The position numbers and the translations under genes are program-made. From Bugula neritina (taxonomy: Eukaryota; Animalia; Bryozoa), in contig OZ037768.1 in assembly GCA_964035545.1 (NCBI GenBank), positions 3,628,741-3,692,740 on the forward strand: a stretch of DNA of 64,000 nucleotides, given 5' to 3'. A model generated the notes under the pieces. That model saw only the letters and a list, made by a program, of their open reading frames with translations, searched no databases and was not told the DNA's origin. This document shows positions 1 through 15,400 of the stretch, piece by piece; position 1 is the stretch's first letter; every line of letters begins with the position of its first letter.

Positions 1-428
1 TATATAATCATCATACGCTCACTGTCTTATATGTACGGTACAGCCAGTAATATCTAAGTAGTAGCAGACAACTCCTGCTACAGATAACCTGCTAAATACT
101 TGCACAGAGCTAGCATAAACCAGCCTGATGTTGTGTGAACAACAATGAGTTGAGTTGCAAAGGGTTCAGTAATTAGAATCAAGAATTCAATTAAGGTCAC
201 TGATAGCGTAAAGCACACAGCAGGCTAATTATAGCTGAAAACACAATATATTGGATAGCAAGGGATTGGTTCATTTATAACAAAGTTTCACTATAATAAT
301 AGAGCAGTTAGTAAGACAATACACCAATAACAGTTGTTCTTTGACACTATTATTGAAGCTTGCATTCTTCCAATAACATCCGCCTCCAAATCCACCTTAT
401 ATAAGCACACACTGCAGACATAACTCAC

Positions 429-3400
429 CCTGAACACGTTAGCCGAGACTCCCTTCAGGCCCCAGTATGACACTCCAACATATGCGGAGGAGATGCACAG
501 CTCCCCGACTTCATCAGTCTTACATAAAATAGGATCTCCTTCTACTTTGACTACCACCATGTTGGCTACAAACACAACATAACTTACTTTGAAATACTCA
601 CTAGAATGTGACTGCATTTACAAGGCTGCAAGTTCAGCATATTAAACATAATATTCCCACTTCATTGAGAGAGGATATTCCAATCCGGTAACACTAGCAG
701 GAGTTGTCCTCTATCTGAGACAACAGTGAATACAGAATATAGCCTAGGAGCTGATGAGTGAAATGAATGCTGGTAAGAACGCGTACCTCCAGGCAGCACC
801 TGGCCACAGTCCTGCAGTGTGAGAGACATAAGGCTATTCTCGTCCTCCACCCTCACCACCCCGTAACTGAGTCCTTGCATCGAGAGAACTCCTCTACCGG
901 TCTGATTGCCTCCTTTTCTGCCAGGTCTGAGAGAAACAGAATGACAGCGTGGTGAGTAATACATGTGCTGCCTTACTTTATATCAACAGTTCGCTAGAGG
1001 TAACTATAGTGATACAGTATTATGTCCTTATATGGCCATAGAAGCAGAGAAAAACTGCAGTAAAAAGGAGGGTAAATGTTCGTTTCACTTGTAAAGGGCA
1101 TACTCATGGTAACCAGTGTGTATTGCAGAATTAAGTTCAGTTGTTTGCCTGACTGACAATCATTTCATTCATTGAAACCAATAGTGTGTTCAGTTTATAC
1201 AGAGCATCGTGTGCAGAGTAAAGCTAAGTTTCTTATTGGTTGAAAATAAAGTTTGGGACGTTTTCAATTTACTGAGTGGGTGGATAACTTCCTTTTTTGT
1301 CGGTAATCGCTACTACAACTATACTAGCATTTAGATTTACATGCTAGTATAGTTGCAAGCCAAAGTGAAATGTGTTTGAAATGCGGTAAATAAAACCAGC
1401 TAAGCCCGAAGGTACAGTATGCATAGATATCTTAATTTAATTTTCGTAAATAAAAGTAGTTGAATACGCAAAGTCAGGCTGTACTGACACGTACAGGTGA
1501 AGAATACAACACACAGGTATAACTACGACTAACAGTGTCTGTGCAGTGAAGAATCAAAGTGAATATTAGAAAGTGAAGAAGTAAAGGGAGATAACTCTAA
1601 AGTATGTGGATAACAAACACATTTGAAACGAAAATTTATATTAAGGAATCCAAACAAAGTTAAAGATGAAATAAACAAGAAAATTAACGTAGAGTAAAAA
1701 CTTGGGGCTATTCAACTGGCTAACCGCTTATCCATAATTATCTTAATCTCAACTAGAGAGGAGATAAGCGACCAAACTTGTTACAAAATAATGTAAAATA
1801 TAAAAGAAATATAAAATTTTAGGAACAACAGGAAAGAAAGTAAACAGAAGTGTGAGATGCTGAATACTTACTGGCTACGCGCTCTAAAATTGATCAAACA
1901 ACGTAAATATTCATATTCTAAGGAAACTATAAAAGAATAAGAAAGTAAAAGGCATTGCTAGCACCATATCCAGCATGTCTACTACCCAACTTCCTGCCAC
2001 TACCAGTTTATTACAGCACCACTATTCGCAGTATACTTGTATACCAATACTTACCGCCTGAGAGACACAGTGAGAGCTTCAGCGCTGCTTGCACACGGAC
2101 ACACCGCCTCAGCCTGGAGACCTCGAGTTTGGAATACAGTAACGAAGGAATCACAGGTGGTCAGTGACCCTGCAAGGAGATGACAATTCCTACATGATAT
2201 CATCACATCCGACATTAGTACACATAGTTTAGTAGTAAGTAGTGAAATATAAGCAACACTGTTACATTGCCTATACACCTTTAGCCTTTGCAGACAAGCT
2301 GTGCTTACAGCGCAGTCCCAGCTTTGAAATACAGCTACTTGGAATAAGCATGTCCTAGTGGACATGTTGTTATATAGCAAAATAAACAAGTTTCTAAAAT
2401 AGTTTCTTTTCTCTAAAAATACTAAATGAAATTATTTTTCCACTCACTTGTCACAAAACGGTTAGTTGTTTTTAAAGGTTTATGCTATGTTTATATACTT
2501 TTGAATTGTTTGTAGTCTTGACGGTGTCATTTTGGAGACAGTGAGATGTGAGAGTGGTGTAACTTGTAAACACAGTGAGTGGTCATACATACACACACTG
2601 TTACTACAAGTAAGATGACTTACAAGGGTTGGCCCCATCAGCTACCAGGAGGAGTCTTAGAGATTTCAGGTCAATTTCCTTATGATCTTTCTTGGCCAGC
2701 ATGCCCCAGTGCATGTCTCGTGACTTGGCAATACTTACTCCGGCTACAAAGAGTCAACATTACATTTGCACACCAGTATATAATCACACATTGAGATTCG
2801 CTGCTCTCAGAGTCAACTTGACTTTTGCCCAGCTAAATTTTGTGTTGTTTTGAGCTAATTTCAATTACTGCACATCACATGATACTTTTGAATACCTCAA
2901 CTATTTAGATTCCAGAAGATTCACAAGTGTTGGACAGTTGACAAACCCAACACCTGCTTTCTTTCAGCTATTAGCTAATGATTTAGCAAATCAAATGAAC
3001 AGAACTATATATGACTCATTATTTATATATGCAGTTTCTAGTAAACACTTGACTTTTACACTCTTTTGATAAAAAAATACAAGTCTTGTCAGATGTGACT
3101 TACAATGATTGCCTGCAGCTCAGCCTAGTCAATGGTTGTGTAAAAATTAAAAATAGTAAACTGGTAGACAAAACAAACAAAGAGATAAATGTGAAAACTC
3201 AACAAGCATAGTCTAATTACAATGAACTGTTTACATTAGATATAGTGTTGCTGTAATAATCAGCTCACCATTGTGTCTTGTGATTAATTTGAGCCACGAG
3301 GCTGGGTCGGTTTTCATCAGTGAGTATGGCACAAATATTACGTGCATGCCGTTGAATACACTCTGCAGAAGACAGGAGATTATAAGCTACCTGATAGGCT

Positions 3401-6400
3401 GAAAGGTATACGCTCCAATATGTAGAAGATAAAATAAAGGTGCTTCAAGATTTCTTAATAACTAAATGCACAGAAATGAATTTATAATGAAATATGAATT
3501 GACATATGCATTGTAACACTTTGCTTTAACACTGTATAGAAATACTATTACTAAACTGACATGCATTACATGTTTTACTCATATAAACTTTACTCACAGC
3601 TAGTATGCCGTGCCACAGACCCATTTCTCTTCGAAAATCCAGCACACATACCATGACCTCTCCTACAACACATTAACAAATGAAGTCCAACGTATTTAAA
3701 TGACTAATAAATACTGGGGAGTTGCCATCTCGAGAACAAGTTTACCTTCAGTGTAGGCGCAAGCTTGAGACAGAGTCCTGCAGTGCGTGACCATCGCGTG
3801 GTTCGTAATGGTTACCCCCATTACACTCCCGTCTTTGGCCGTCGTGTACTGCAAATACAAACACAGGAATGAATATAAAATCATAGGAGTAAAGACACGC
3901 AGAGCACAACTTTGCAGTCTGCTAATGCCATGTTCCAAGATGGCTGCCGAGTGTGCCTACTGACCTCGATGTAACATGGCGCGTGGTCAGCAATGTCAGC
4001 TGGAGGATGCCAGTCTTTTGATGGCTTCTGGGTGAAATTGTCAGCACAAAACCACATGAGTTTAGGCCAACCCTTAATATTGCCGATTTCTCCTGATGGT
4101 TCCCGTGGTAACGTTTTGTGACATACTTCTGAGGTCAAGGCCACCGAGACATTCAAAGATCTAAGTAGGAATCCCATGCCAAAAGTGGAGGCATCCTAAA
4201 AAATAAACATTTACTATTATGTGATAGAATACAGTTTGAGAACAGCTCAGCAGTGCTGTACAGTGTAGACATTGCATAACCAGCACGGTTGGCTTTAACT
4301 GAACCAGCCCCTCCACAATAACATCTGCTATCACAACAAGCAGTTGAAATACTAGAATCATGATGATGCAACGTCTGCTGTTGTATATGTGCAAAAGCAA
4401 ATGATTTTCCTTCATTGGCAATGCCCTACCTTGTAATCATCTCACCTGCCAAAACATATACACATGCATGAAGACACCTCACTGATGACATATTTATCTA
4501 AATCCTAGACTATGTTCTCACCACAACAATCCAGCCCAACCCAGCCCAAGCTTTTAGCAACACTCTAATGTAGAAACACTTATTGTAGTAGCGTGTGAAT
4601 AAACTTTATTGAGCATATAACATGTTACTAGGCTGAGTCGTAGAGAGAGAGAGAGTGACAGTATGTACATACAGAATTAGCTTTTTATCTGAAAGCCTGT
4701 TTAACAACAAAGCCATACTACAACAGTATAATCAGAGTGAATAAACAAGAGAATGGCAGATGCTGAGGCTACATCGCTCAATAGGCTGAATTACTCACTC
4801 TTTTAGAAGTTGGGACTTCAACCGGGACGGGTACGAGGCCTGCCGTAACGCAACCATAGAAGGCACACATGTAGGAAACTGGGTCACTGTTGGGGTACAC
4901 CAACGCCACCTGTAGAACGAGTAATTGCAGAAAGTCAAAATATGAGTCCCAAACTTAGAGGAGAAGATCATTAGCAAGAGAATCAACATGTATTCGGAGA
5001 AGCTAACCTTGTCTCCCGGCCTCAGCACCGGATCAGTCTTACTTCCCAGTTTGTTGAGGAGGCAGTAAGATATCTTGAGAACTTTGCTGTACAGTTTCCC
5101 GTAGGTTAAACTGTTGACTGTCTTCCCGTGATGGTCAAGCATGGTGACAGCCGGTGCTTTGGGAAAAGTTGAAGTCCCGTAGCGATGTATTGCTGAGACG
5201 ATATTCCTCGGTAAACCGGACTGAATCTACAATATTATGTAACCTCAGTACAGAGTCACTCGCATAACATGGTGTGACGGGCCCAATCTCTACCCAACCT
5301 AATGAGCTGTTATCTAATTGGCTGCCATCCCTGACAGGATATGACCACATCCTTGTCTCTTACATCAGAGAAACAATAAACGAATGTGTCATGCTGCTAC
5401 ACAACTGTTACTCAGGACTATTGGCCAAGTTAGACTAGCATTAAAATTGCATCCGTGCCGTAGCTAAGGGAGTTATGTCCACCATAATCTATCACTACTA
5501 CTATATTGAGTTACAACTGAATATTAAATGTGGTCTAGCTTGTTAACATGCCATAGTGAGACTGGCCAACACATTTCAGAATTATTTTTAACTATGCAAT
5601 CCACAGTATACAAGTTGTCACCACTTCCATTCTTAAGCATATAAGACATGATATCAGAAACTTATCGATACAGAGGATATGATGCGTACCACAGCAGCTC
5701 CGCCATCTGTAGGTTTCATTGTATTCCCTTCGGGCTGAGGAGCATCAGGGTCGTTAGAGCTCACTGTAACATCAAACACATGACTAATACTTCAACATTA
5801 ATATAATTTAGTATTTGCATAATAACTGTTTACCAGTTATACAATAGTACAGCACAGGCACAATGACACTCAATATAATGTAATCATATCTCCTCAATCA
5901 ACAATGCTTACAAACTCAAAGATACCATCAGATTGTATGAAGCCCAAACCATCTTCTACACCTCATAGCATAATATTCCCTACATATTATACAACTGGAA
6001 GATATAAACAAGTCAACCTATACAGCAGGAACTGTGGCATTGGCCAGCTTACAAGCTGTGCATACGAAATGGGCTCCTTACCTTCAAGCTCCGAATTCTC
6101 CTCTTTGAAATACTCGGGGAGTGGTCTTCTCTTTGGTCTCTACAACAAGGAACAGTAAGCACTACATGTACAACATAACTCAAGATAATTCATCATCGTA
6201 TAATCATAAAACTAGGAAAAACTTCGTGTTGGAAGAAAAGTTAGACCGACAGCAGTTGACTGGGCAAGCAGCTGCTGAGTGCATCTTACCTGTAATAATA
6301 GACACTTACAGTGCTAACAGACATTAATAATTCATTAGCTACTATTACAGCATTATTCTGCAGCAAACATGCATAGACAGGTACACAAACACACACACTA

Positions 6401-9400
6401 TCCACATACAAAGTCTATTAGTCGCTGTTAAAGATGCAACACATTCTGTGTACTCAAAGTGCACCGAGAAAGATCTACCTTTAGTGTGTTTAGGAGTTGC
6501 TGTATCTTTGTGGAAACTTTTCCCTTGCAGTATAAAGTTCCAACTGGGTCATTCACAGGCTGCGGTATCCTTACGCTGCCTGCATGACTGCTGTGTTTGT
6601 TGAGCTCGGCAGCAATATGATGTGTTATATCAGGGGGAGGTAACCCTTTCTGATTAGACTGTGTGGGGGGAGGCTGGAGTCGGATGTACGAACCTGCAGG
6701 GACCGAGAATATGTGAACAGAGGAGGATATATTATATAAATATAATTTTACAAAATATGTTGAATTGTCACAGTCACAGTGCAACAACCTATTGCGGTGT
6801 TACAGGCAAAGGAAAAATAGCAGTTGCTAGCTCTATGGGAATAAATACCAATCTAAACTACTGAACAATTAAAACCTTTCCCATTCCCTTTCCCGACAAG
6901 AGAACACATAGTACTACACTCATACTTCCCAACTGAATAAGTGAGAAAGTGGGTGAGTCATTAGATAACCAATGATGACCTTATCGGAGGGGAAGCAGGT
7001 AGCTAGTGCATCATACCCACACAGTATAACCTTTACCTGCGGCTTCATTAAAAATACAATTAGCAGATATAAGATGAATAGCAGTAAAGGTAGAGTTGTG
7101 TTTGTTTATATTACAGACACACAGACAGCTCATTCCAGTATCAAATCAAAAGTCAATAATCATCCACCCATCAGATGGAAAATAAACAAACGGCAGCCAC
7201 ACTGCATTCATGATGGCAGATAAGTGCCACAATTACACAATGATAATTAAAATATAATGAACAGTTTGCAGGGAAAGAAGACTTTATATTGAATATATAC
7301 TTATATATAATTATACTATAATAAATAGGGTGGACAATGTATGGGCTGAAGCTGCAAACAGGATACAGTTAGGAATATTTGTGGCTGTCTCTAAACTCTT
7401 ACATCACAAGGGCAGTCAGTGGCAGCTGATGAACTTGTTACATAGTTGGGAGAGACTTGGTGTTAGTTACAAGAAAACAAGCATATTGCTGACCTTGTTA
7501 ATTGTTAAACATATGTTGGTAACTTTATCAGGATTATCAACTTTACTCCAAAAATTGCTGAGCCCTTCCCCATTATTGTTTTTTCCCCAATTTACTGCTT
7601 ATAGTAAAATTTGCAGAGCTGCAAAACATACGATTATTTTAGTTTTGTATATTTTGAAGTGTTGCCATAGCAACTAGAGCAATAACATATAAAATGCCCA
7701 AACTTAACGTTGCTATGCAATTTTGAGCAAACAAAAGACTAGCATACTTTTGTTTCCAGCTTAAGCAAGTGGATATTAAATTTATGATTATTCAAGGGAA
7801 GAATTGATTAATTATGAAATGAATGCAGACAGTTTCAACTACAAGAACTGTTGTGCCACACAAGAATATAGTGAAGAGCATTATACAGCCTGTAGACAAT
7901 GCAATACAGACTCTCTCATGTATACAAATACCCAACTATTAATTACTACATTAGATGCTTGCTGTATCTTTTAATATACATCTTTTATGTGAAATATATT
8001 GCTAGGTATTTGGCCATGTGGATATTAATAGAAGGTATAGGTGTGTGCGTAGTGTACAGTTAGAGATAATGAAGTGGTGGATACAGCTGAGGGGTCCAGG
8101 GGTAGCTAAAGTAAACATTAGTAATGGAGTTGTCTGCCACCTGACCTAATAGCCTTTGCTGCCAAGACTCAATGAGGTGAATTACTCTATACTGCTATAC
8201 TCTATAATGCTATATTCTGTACTGGTATACTTTATTCTGCTATTTCAATTAATTCATAAATTAGACAGTTTTGCTGAAAAATAAAACAAAAACCATAAAT
8301 TTATAGTGTGAGAAGTGAGCTTGAGACCTCATTGTTTAGGTTGCCTTACACCCCTAGAGTTGTCTTACACTCCTTTACACCCCTAGAGTTGTCTTACACT
8401 CCTTTACACCCCTAGAGTTGTCATATACCCCCCTTACACCCCTAGAGTTGTCGTATACCTCTTATACTACCCAGGTACAACATCCCACCAGCACTACCAT
8501 AAGTATTCGGACTACCTTGAGTTTTGAGCTCCGGGTGTTGCTGTAGACCGGTTCTGGAGGAAGGCGCCACATGTGGAAGGACGGAGGGCATGTTAGACAT
8601 GTTAGACGGTCTACCCGGGTGCTGAAACTCTAGAGAGCTAGTGTTCTCTTCGTCAAACACACTGCTGTCATCATCTGATGACCCGGCATCTAGACACAAG
8701 ACAGCACAGGTTGACACAAAAAGAGATACAAACTTAATAACAATTTGCTGACCAGTCATGACCATCAACACCTGTATAGTTGAACATAGAGACAGGGATG
8801 ACACCCTGTATAGTTGAACATAGACAGGGATGACACCCTGTATAGTTGAATATGGCAGCATGGTTGGCATTTAAGATGTAAACTAAATTGCTAGCCCGAA
8901 GCTGATGTCAGAAATAATGTTCCACCTCTACTATAAAGGTGTGACCAGATGCGGTAATTAATCTCAAATCAAGCCATCAAGAATCACCAAAGTAAATAAA
9001 TAGAATAAGGGGAGGAGAAAAAGCTAGCTCACCTTTATGGTTTCTGGTGACACTTTGAAGAGGGGGTTCTAGTGGTGGTGTGTTCATTGTGGACATTCTC
9101 TTGCTTGGCATCGGCACCGGCAGCTTACCTTGCTGATGGTTCTTTAGAGCTTGTAGCACGGCTTCAGTTCTTATCTCTAAAATACACATTAGTTACAACT
9201 GGTGCAGGGAGATGTAGGATATACCAGCTGTGGGGGAGAAATAACTCCAACTCCATATCTTAAGGAGGCTGACAGAGTACATATACGCTAATGGGAACCA
9301 GTTGAAGGAGGATGTGGGACTATCAGAGTGATTGAGTGGCAGGGAAGGAGAGGGAGGAGAGGAAGGCTTGGCTACTAGTGAAATGGAAAAAGATCCAATG

Positions 9401-12400
9401 CCTGCCTGTGATATGAAATGCCTATCATGGCCATTTAGGAGCAGTAATAGAGAAATTGAGATAGCCTAAGTTAATTAATTTTCTGACTAAATTTTGGGTT
9501 GGGGTTGGGTTGAAATTCCATCATGAGAACACAACTTGTTTTGCTACACTTCTAATCTAGAACACAGGCTTTACTCAATCTCTCCATTACTGCACCTACC
9601 TCCATGCAATCGTTTGACATCTCTGGTGAATTTGTTGTCAAATGTTTGCAGGCAGCAATGCTTAGTATCACGTGACGAGTCACACTGGGCTATAGAGTGG
9701 AGTTAGTGCAGAATGAAATGAAAAAACATCACAAACTGTGTTCAATTAAGCAATGAAGCTAATCAAGGGGATAATAAAGAACTGAATTTGTGAATGGCTA
9801 GGCAACACTATAAATCACATCTGCTTGTTTATCAAAGTGTTGACTTAACAGGAAATCATTGCTGGGACAGACAGACAGAAAGATGAACAGACAGACATAT
9901 ATCCTATCCTTATTTACTGATGCAACCCACAACCCAATATGATTGACAAGCTCAGTTTTTAATAAATAAAAATGTAGACCTTGTAGGAGCATAGATTGAG
10001 TTTAATAGATGGAAAATAATTTATGAGATATAATTCATTACTAAGCCGATTGAGTATAATTAAAAACCAGTTAAATTAAATTACAACATCCCTAGGCAAG
10101 CTCTTGAACCTTGCCTACCACAACCTCAGTGCATTGACAATAAATGATTTTTACTTTTATGCATGGCACAGACACACCTATCCCTTCACATATTACAGCA
10201 GGTGCATGTGCAGCGATGTATATTTTCATCCAGTTTAGGATTCTAATCTTGGGTTTGCTGTGTGCATTTAAAGTGTGGCTATTTTATTTTACAAGTAGAC
10301 AATTTTCTGTGCTACCAACATTGACTAGAATGTTATAAAACGCCAGAAAACTCTACTTCTGCACAATTGGAGCTTGTTTTGAAAGGTTAATGTCAGTTAA
10401 TGAAACTACTTTCAGCATTTAATTAAAATTGAGACTTTACTAACCATTTTCATAACTTTTGAATTTGCTGTGAATAAATTGATAAGTAAAACTGATGAGT
10501 ACATGAAATCCCAACTGCCAGAAGTGCCTTTTTTTTTCAAAAGCCCACAATGGTGTGTGATCAAATAGGCCTATCTGTGCCAAGCTTGAATGTCTCTCTT
10601 TTGACTATCAACATTGGAAGGTGACCCACAGACTTCAACAAGAGTTGGTAATCGTAATCACAGGACAGGGTCCACAGCCACATTGTAGGTACAATAAATG
10701 ACTTTGACCAGAAAGAATATACCATACGGAACCAAACATTTCAGAGAACTGTTCTAACAGGGAAACCTTCAGACCCCAAGAATTCAACTATTACTTTTCA
10801 CCAAAGAATATTTATAAGGATTCGGGAGTGTAAAATGAATTCGTTGGAAATTTCATGAAGCTAGTTAGATTAACAGGTATAAATTGCTTACCTAGAGCAG
10901 TTCCTGAGACTATAAACAACAAACATAGTTACTTCTCCGCGTAAGACAAGCTCGTAATATCACAGATATGATGCATTCACCTACTACTGTTAATAAGGTT
11001 CTCTCACTGACATACTCAGGCAGTTTAACACACAACCACTGCTCAGATATGTGCACTAGCAGCACTAATCCTACTAAACAGAGTTAACTGCCACTGACGG
11101 CAGTGCCACAAGCAGAGTAAGCTGAGTACAAATACTGAATAGAAATAGCAACTCAAGCACCCTCAAACTAGTACCACATTGTTGTTAGTACAACTCAATG
11201 AATTCGCACAATGAATAAAAATTAAATCAACTCCAGCCAATCAAACTTAACAGAAAATAATTAATTGGCTAAGGCAAGCAGAGTCACAAAGAATTATTGT
11301 ATTATATCAACATATTATACCATTATTATTATTATACTGTACCATAGCTATAAGTATAATAGTCGTAAGAACACTTGAAAGGAGAGTCAGACTTGAAGCT
11401 AAACTATAAGACAGCAGGACTACTCTGCTACATTCCACAGAAAGTTACCCTTAAACTAGAACTGTGCCTAGCAGTTGCACTGTAGTGTTCAGATGTGTTA
11501 TATCCACTGTATTATATCCACTGTGTTATATCCACTGTATTATATCCACTGTGTTCTATCTACTGTATTATATCAACTGTGTTATACTACATTCTAGTTG
11601 TACAGTTGCAGTGCATTGCGTGTCTAGTTAAGAGGCCTTTGTATACATTACTTTATACACAAGTATATTGCAGATGAGGTCATCGTTTGTGTGATGGAGC
11701 TATGATTTGGTCATTAGATGTGAGAGATGGAACTGTTAGTTGGCAGATTATATCTGTGTAACACACAGCAAACTGTGCGCCAGTCAAACAGGGTGTCTTA
11801 TTAGTCAGTTTATTGTGTTTACTTTCTACAATAAGGCCAAATTATCTATTATTTATGACAAAGACGGTGTATTCACGTGTTGGCGACAAAGCTTAAAACA
11901 ACTGACAAAGAATTAAGTTTGAATTGCAACTTATTCACTGGCTGATTACACAAAGCAGGGATCTTTATAGAGAAATGAGCAGCTTATTAGTGATTGACCA
12001 CTAAAATGCGAGATTCTAAAATTACTAATATCTCTTTTTGTTTTTATCATCTATATCTAACAACAGGCCATTGGTGCAATTTTTCACAAAGAATGAGAGT
12101 ATTCAAATAATGGTTCCCAAAAGAGATATCTAAAATCTGTAGCCCCCACAATGACCTTGAAGTGATGAGTCTCATGACAAGGTTTCAGCTAGAGTTATCT
12201 TTTTTATTTACACTAAATTGTATTTACTGCACAATCAAATTGATGTAATTCCCTCATATGAAAAGATGTTTTCTTGAAAATTTCCTGGCATTTCAAAAAC
12301 CAACAATGAATTTTAAAAGACTACAGCTTGGTTATCATACTGATAACTTTTTGAGTGTTTATTTACCAGCACACTAAAGTCTCCACTCAGAGATTGAAAT

Positions 12401-15400
12401 CTATTACCGGCAGTCTTGATAAGCCCAGTTGAAACTTGTAGTTACATAATCAAGAATATTGGTCATCACAAAATATAGTTACAGAATCAGGAGTTGTCTG
12501 TTCACGAACTAGAGCAACTCTTTAAGCTAACTTACACGTCTGTATCTCACTACTAGTTGTAATGGATACAGAATACACAAGTGTACATGAAATGCCCTCA
12601 CAATATCAGCTATAAACCATTCTGTGTATAAATTACATGACTAGACGTCAACAAGACTAGTTATGTAGACTCCAAAGTTTTATGCATTCAGCAATAGTGA
12701 AACAGCTCCCAAGTAATATAGAAAAGACAATTCTCAAATTATGTAAAAACTACTAATACAGTATCATTAGATTATGTTGACAGCTTATATAAATATATCT
12801 ATTATATTGAAAGGTAACTGGAAACTTTTCTAGCTTCTCATAGAGTAGAGATGCCTAAAATGACCCAAATCGACTCTGTAGAATAGAGAATGGCTGCAAT
12901 AGCAAAAGCAGACTGTACAGACAAAATACAGCTGAAAAATGATTGTGTCAGCAAACAAAAACACACTGCCATAAGGAGTTATCCACACTATAACACAGTA
13001 GAAATGAGTCATGAGAAGACAAATCTCAATGAAGCTACCCGTCAAGATAACATACAGTAGCTCTAGGTTTACCAACTGTTACATATCAAATGTATAGTTC
13101 CTGAAGCTTAAACACTCTCCAAATGAACTAGAGTTTACAGACAGAACAAGCTAAGCATACTGCACACATGCCCCACTGTTATCTAGGCATAGTGTGAGAA
13201 ATATGCCAGGGTTAGAGTTGAGTGATAGCTAAGGAAAACAAAGCAAAGTGTTCTATCAATACCAATGACTGCCTAGAAGTTTGCCTGAGCTCATAATCCT
13301 ATATTATATACTATACTATATTCTAGTTTTATTACTAAAGTTTCTTCGAGGCATATTACTGGGGGGAAAACTCCACAAACAACTAGAAACACACATTCCT
13401 ATGAAGAGCATTGAATGAAACCAGAAGTATATTATTTTGATCGGAATATTTGTAGATACAAAGTAAGCAGTGCACTGGTATTGTGCTTACAGACCCTTAT
13501 CAGGTATTAGAACATGTGAGAAGTCTATTTCTACTGAAGATTTCTCAAGCATTTGCATGCTCTACAAAAACAAGTCTTTCCTCAAGTCTAAACAGAACAA
13601 ATAAACCGACAGCAGACAGCAGCCATAGAATAACCAAAATACGACTAAAAATATATTCCCAACATCAAACAGTTCCAACAGGAAAGGGTTTAGTATCTAG
13701 TACACTGTTATAGTACTTACAACAAACTATTGGATGCTGATATAGCATGCATGCTTAAGCAATATTATGCATGTCTAGCCACACTCTTTCATGGAACATA
13801 GAGTTGAAATCTACAGCATGTATTCCCAGGGGAAAGCCAGACGGGACGTTATAGTGTGCAAGGTATAATATGTTGAATAGCTGTATACTCTGTTACATTC
13901 ACAGCATCAAGTTGCATAGACAACTACTAACTGTACAAAGAGGGAACCAACAATGGGACAACTCCTGATTAGACCACTGACTGCAGTGCCAATGTATTGG
14001 TCCATTGCCAATTGATTAGCAATACCAGCTTCCAGCTAGTATATGATTATTCACACGAACTGCAAAATAACTTGTAAAACCATTTCTACAGCCAGTTATG
14101 AAAACAAGCTTGCTACTAGTGTAATCCTTTACAGTGATAGTCTGATGTTTCTTGTAGATATTTAAATATTCACACTCTTACTTGAATCTTGATGCTTTAA
14201 TCCACATCTTCATATAACATCCCAAACTAATGACCCAATAAACCAAGTGTTCACCTTATTTCCACTTTAGTTACCGGATATACCTGACAGGTAAGATGTA
14301 ACACACCTGATACCACTTGTATATACAACTGAGTAGCACTAATAGACCAACCTGAGTGAAACCTGGACTCCTCTCTGGTCACACGTTTGGCAGCTCTCCT
14401 GTTCCGCTCACTGCTGTCCGTCTCTGGCTCAGGTAACCTGAATCTTATTGGCTCGTGACTAGCAGCAGCCTTCTGACCTGCATTTGGAGTATTTTCTGTA
14501 AACAATAATAAAGGAAGTAAATACAAAACAAGTGGAGTGTGTTCCCAGGTCACGTGACACTAGAAGGCAGGCAGGTAGGAGTATAAGCCAATTACACACA
14601 TCAATGATTTGATTGACTCTTAGAATGTTTTTACTGATTAGTAATTGTTATTTTGTACGGGTCAATGCTGTGTGATTCACTGCTATTACATGTTCAGTTA
14701 TCAACCAGGATATCAATGAATCACTCTTTGTAGGAAATGAAAAGAGAGTTCATAATTATTATCTGAAACACAATGGCAAGTCAGCAGCAACAAACACTAC
14801 AAACATCTTCAGAAGAAATTGGGAACAAGACTACTAAGTCGCTTCCAAAAATGCAAAAATAGTACCATATATTTTATCCTTCATCATCAACATTATATTC
14901 AGTGAAAACACATTTAGCTTGATGACAATAGTTATAAATAGCACAATAGTGATTTATAGCTGACAGAATGTCTATTTTCAGAACGATAAACCATCTTTAA
15001 TAGCAGGATGTAGAATAGGTTAAGGAAAGGAACAAGTTGAATCAGTTTTAGAGATGCAGAAATAAGATGAAGATATGTTTTTCCAATACAGGAATTTCAA
15101 GTGACAAATTGCTCCGTGATACAGGGAGGAGGTGTACATCATATGAACACATCTATCACAGTACAGTTAATTACTGGTCGGTGTTAATGGGTAAAGGTTT
15201 ACCCAATTTTATTCTAAATGATGAATGGCTTTAAATTTTAGTATGCATGGCTAGTAGAGTATGCCACTTTCTGTATATACATCGGCTCCAAGCAGCTAAA
15301 CACTCTCAGCTGGTGTGTTAACAGTTTGGCACATGAATGTTGCAAAATCTTACTTTGGAATAATTCCCAAATATCTCAAGTAAGATCTGAACATTCCCTG

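Noticed and set aside
10500-10900. Possible LINE fragment (also 55000-56200 as a possible transposase remnant)
   Set aside because: No diagnostic motif could be recovered by eye.
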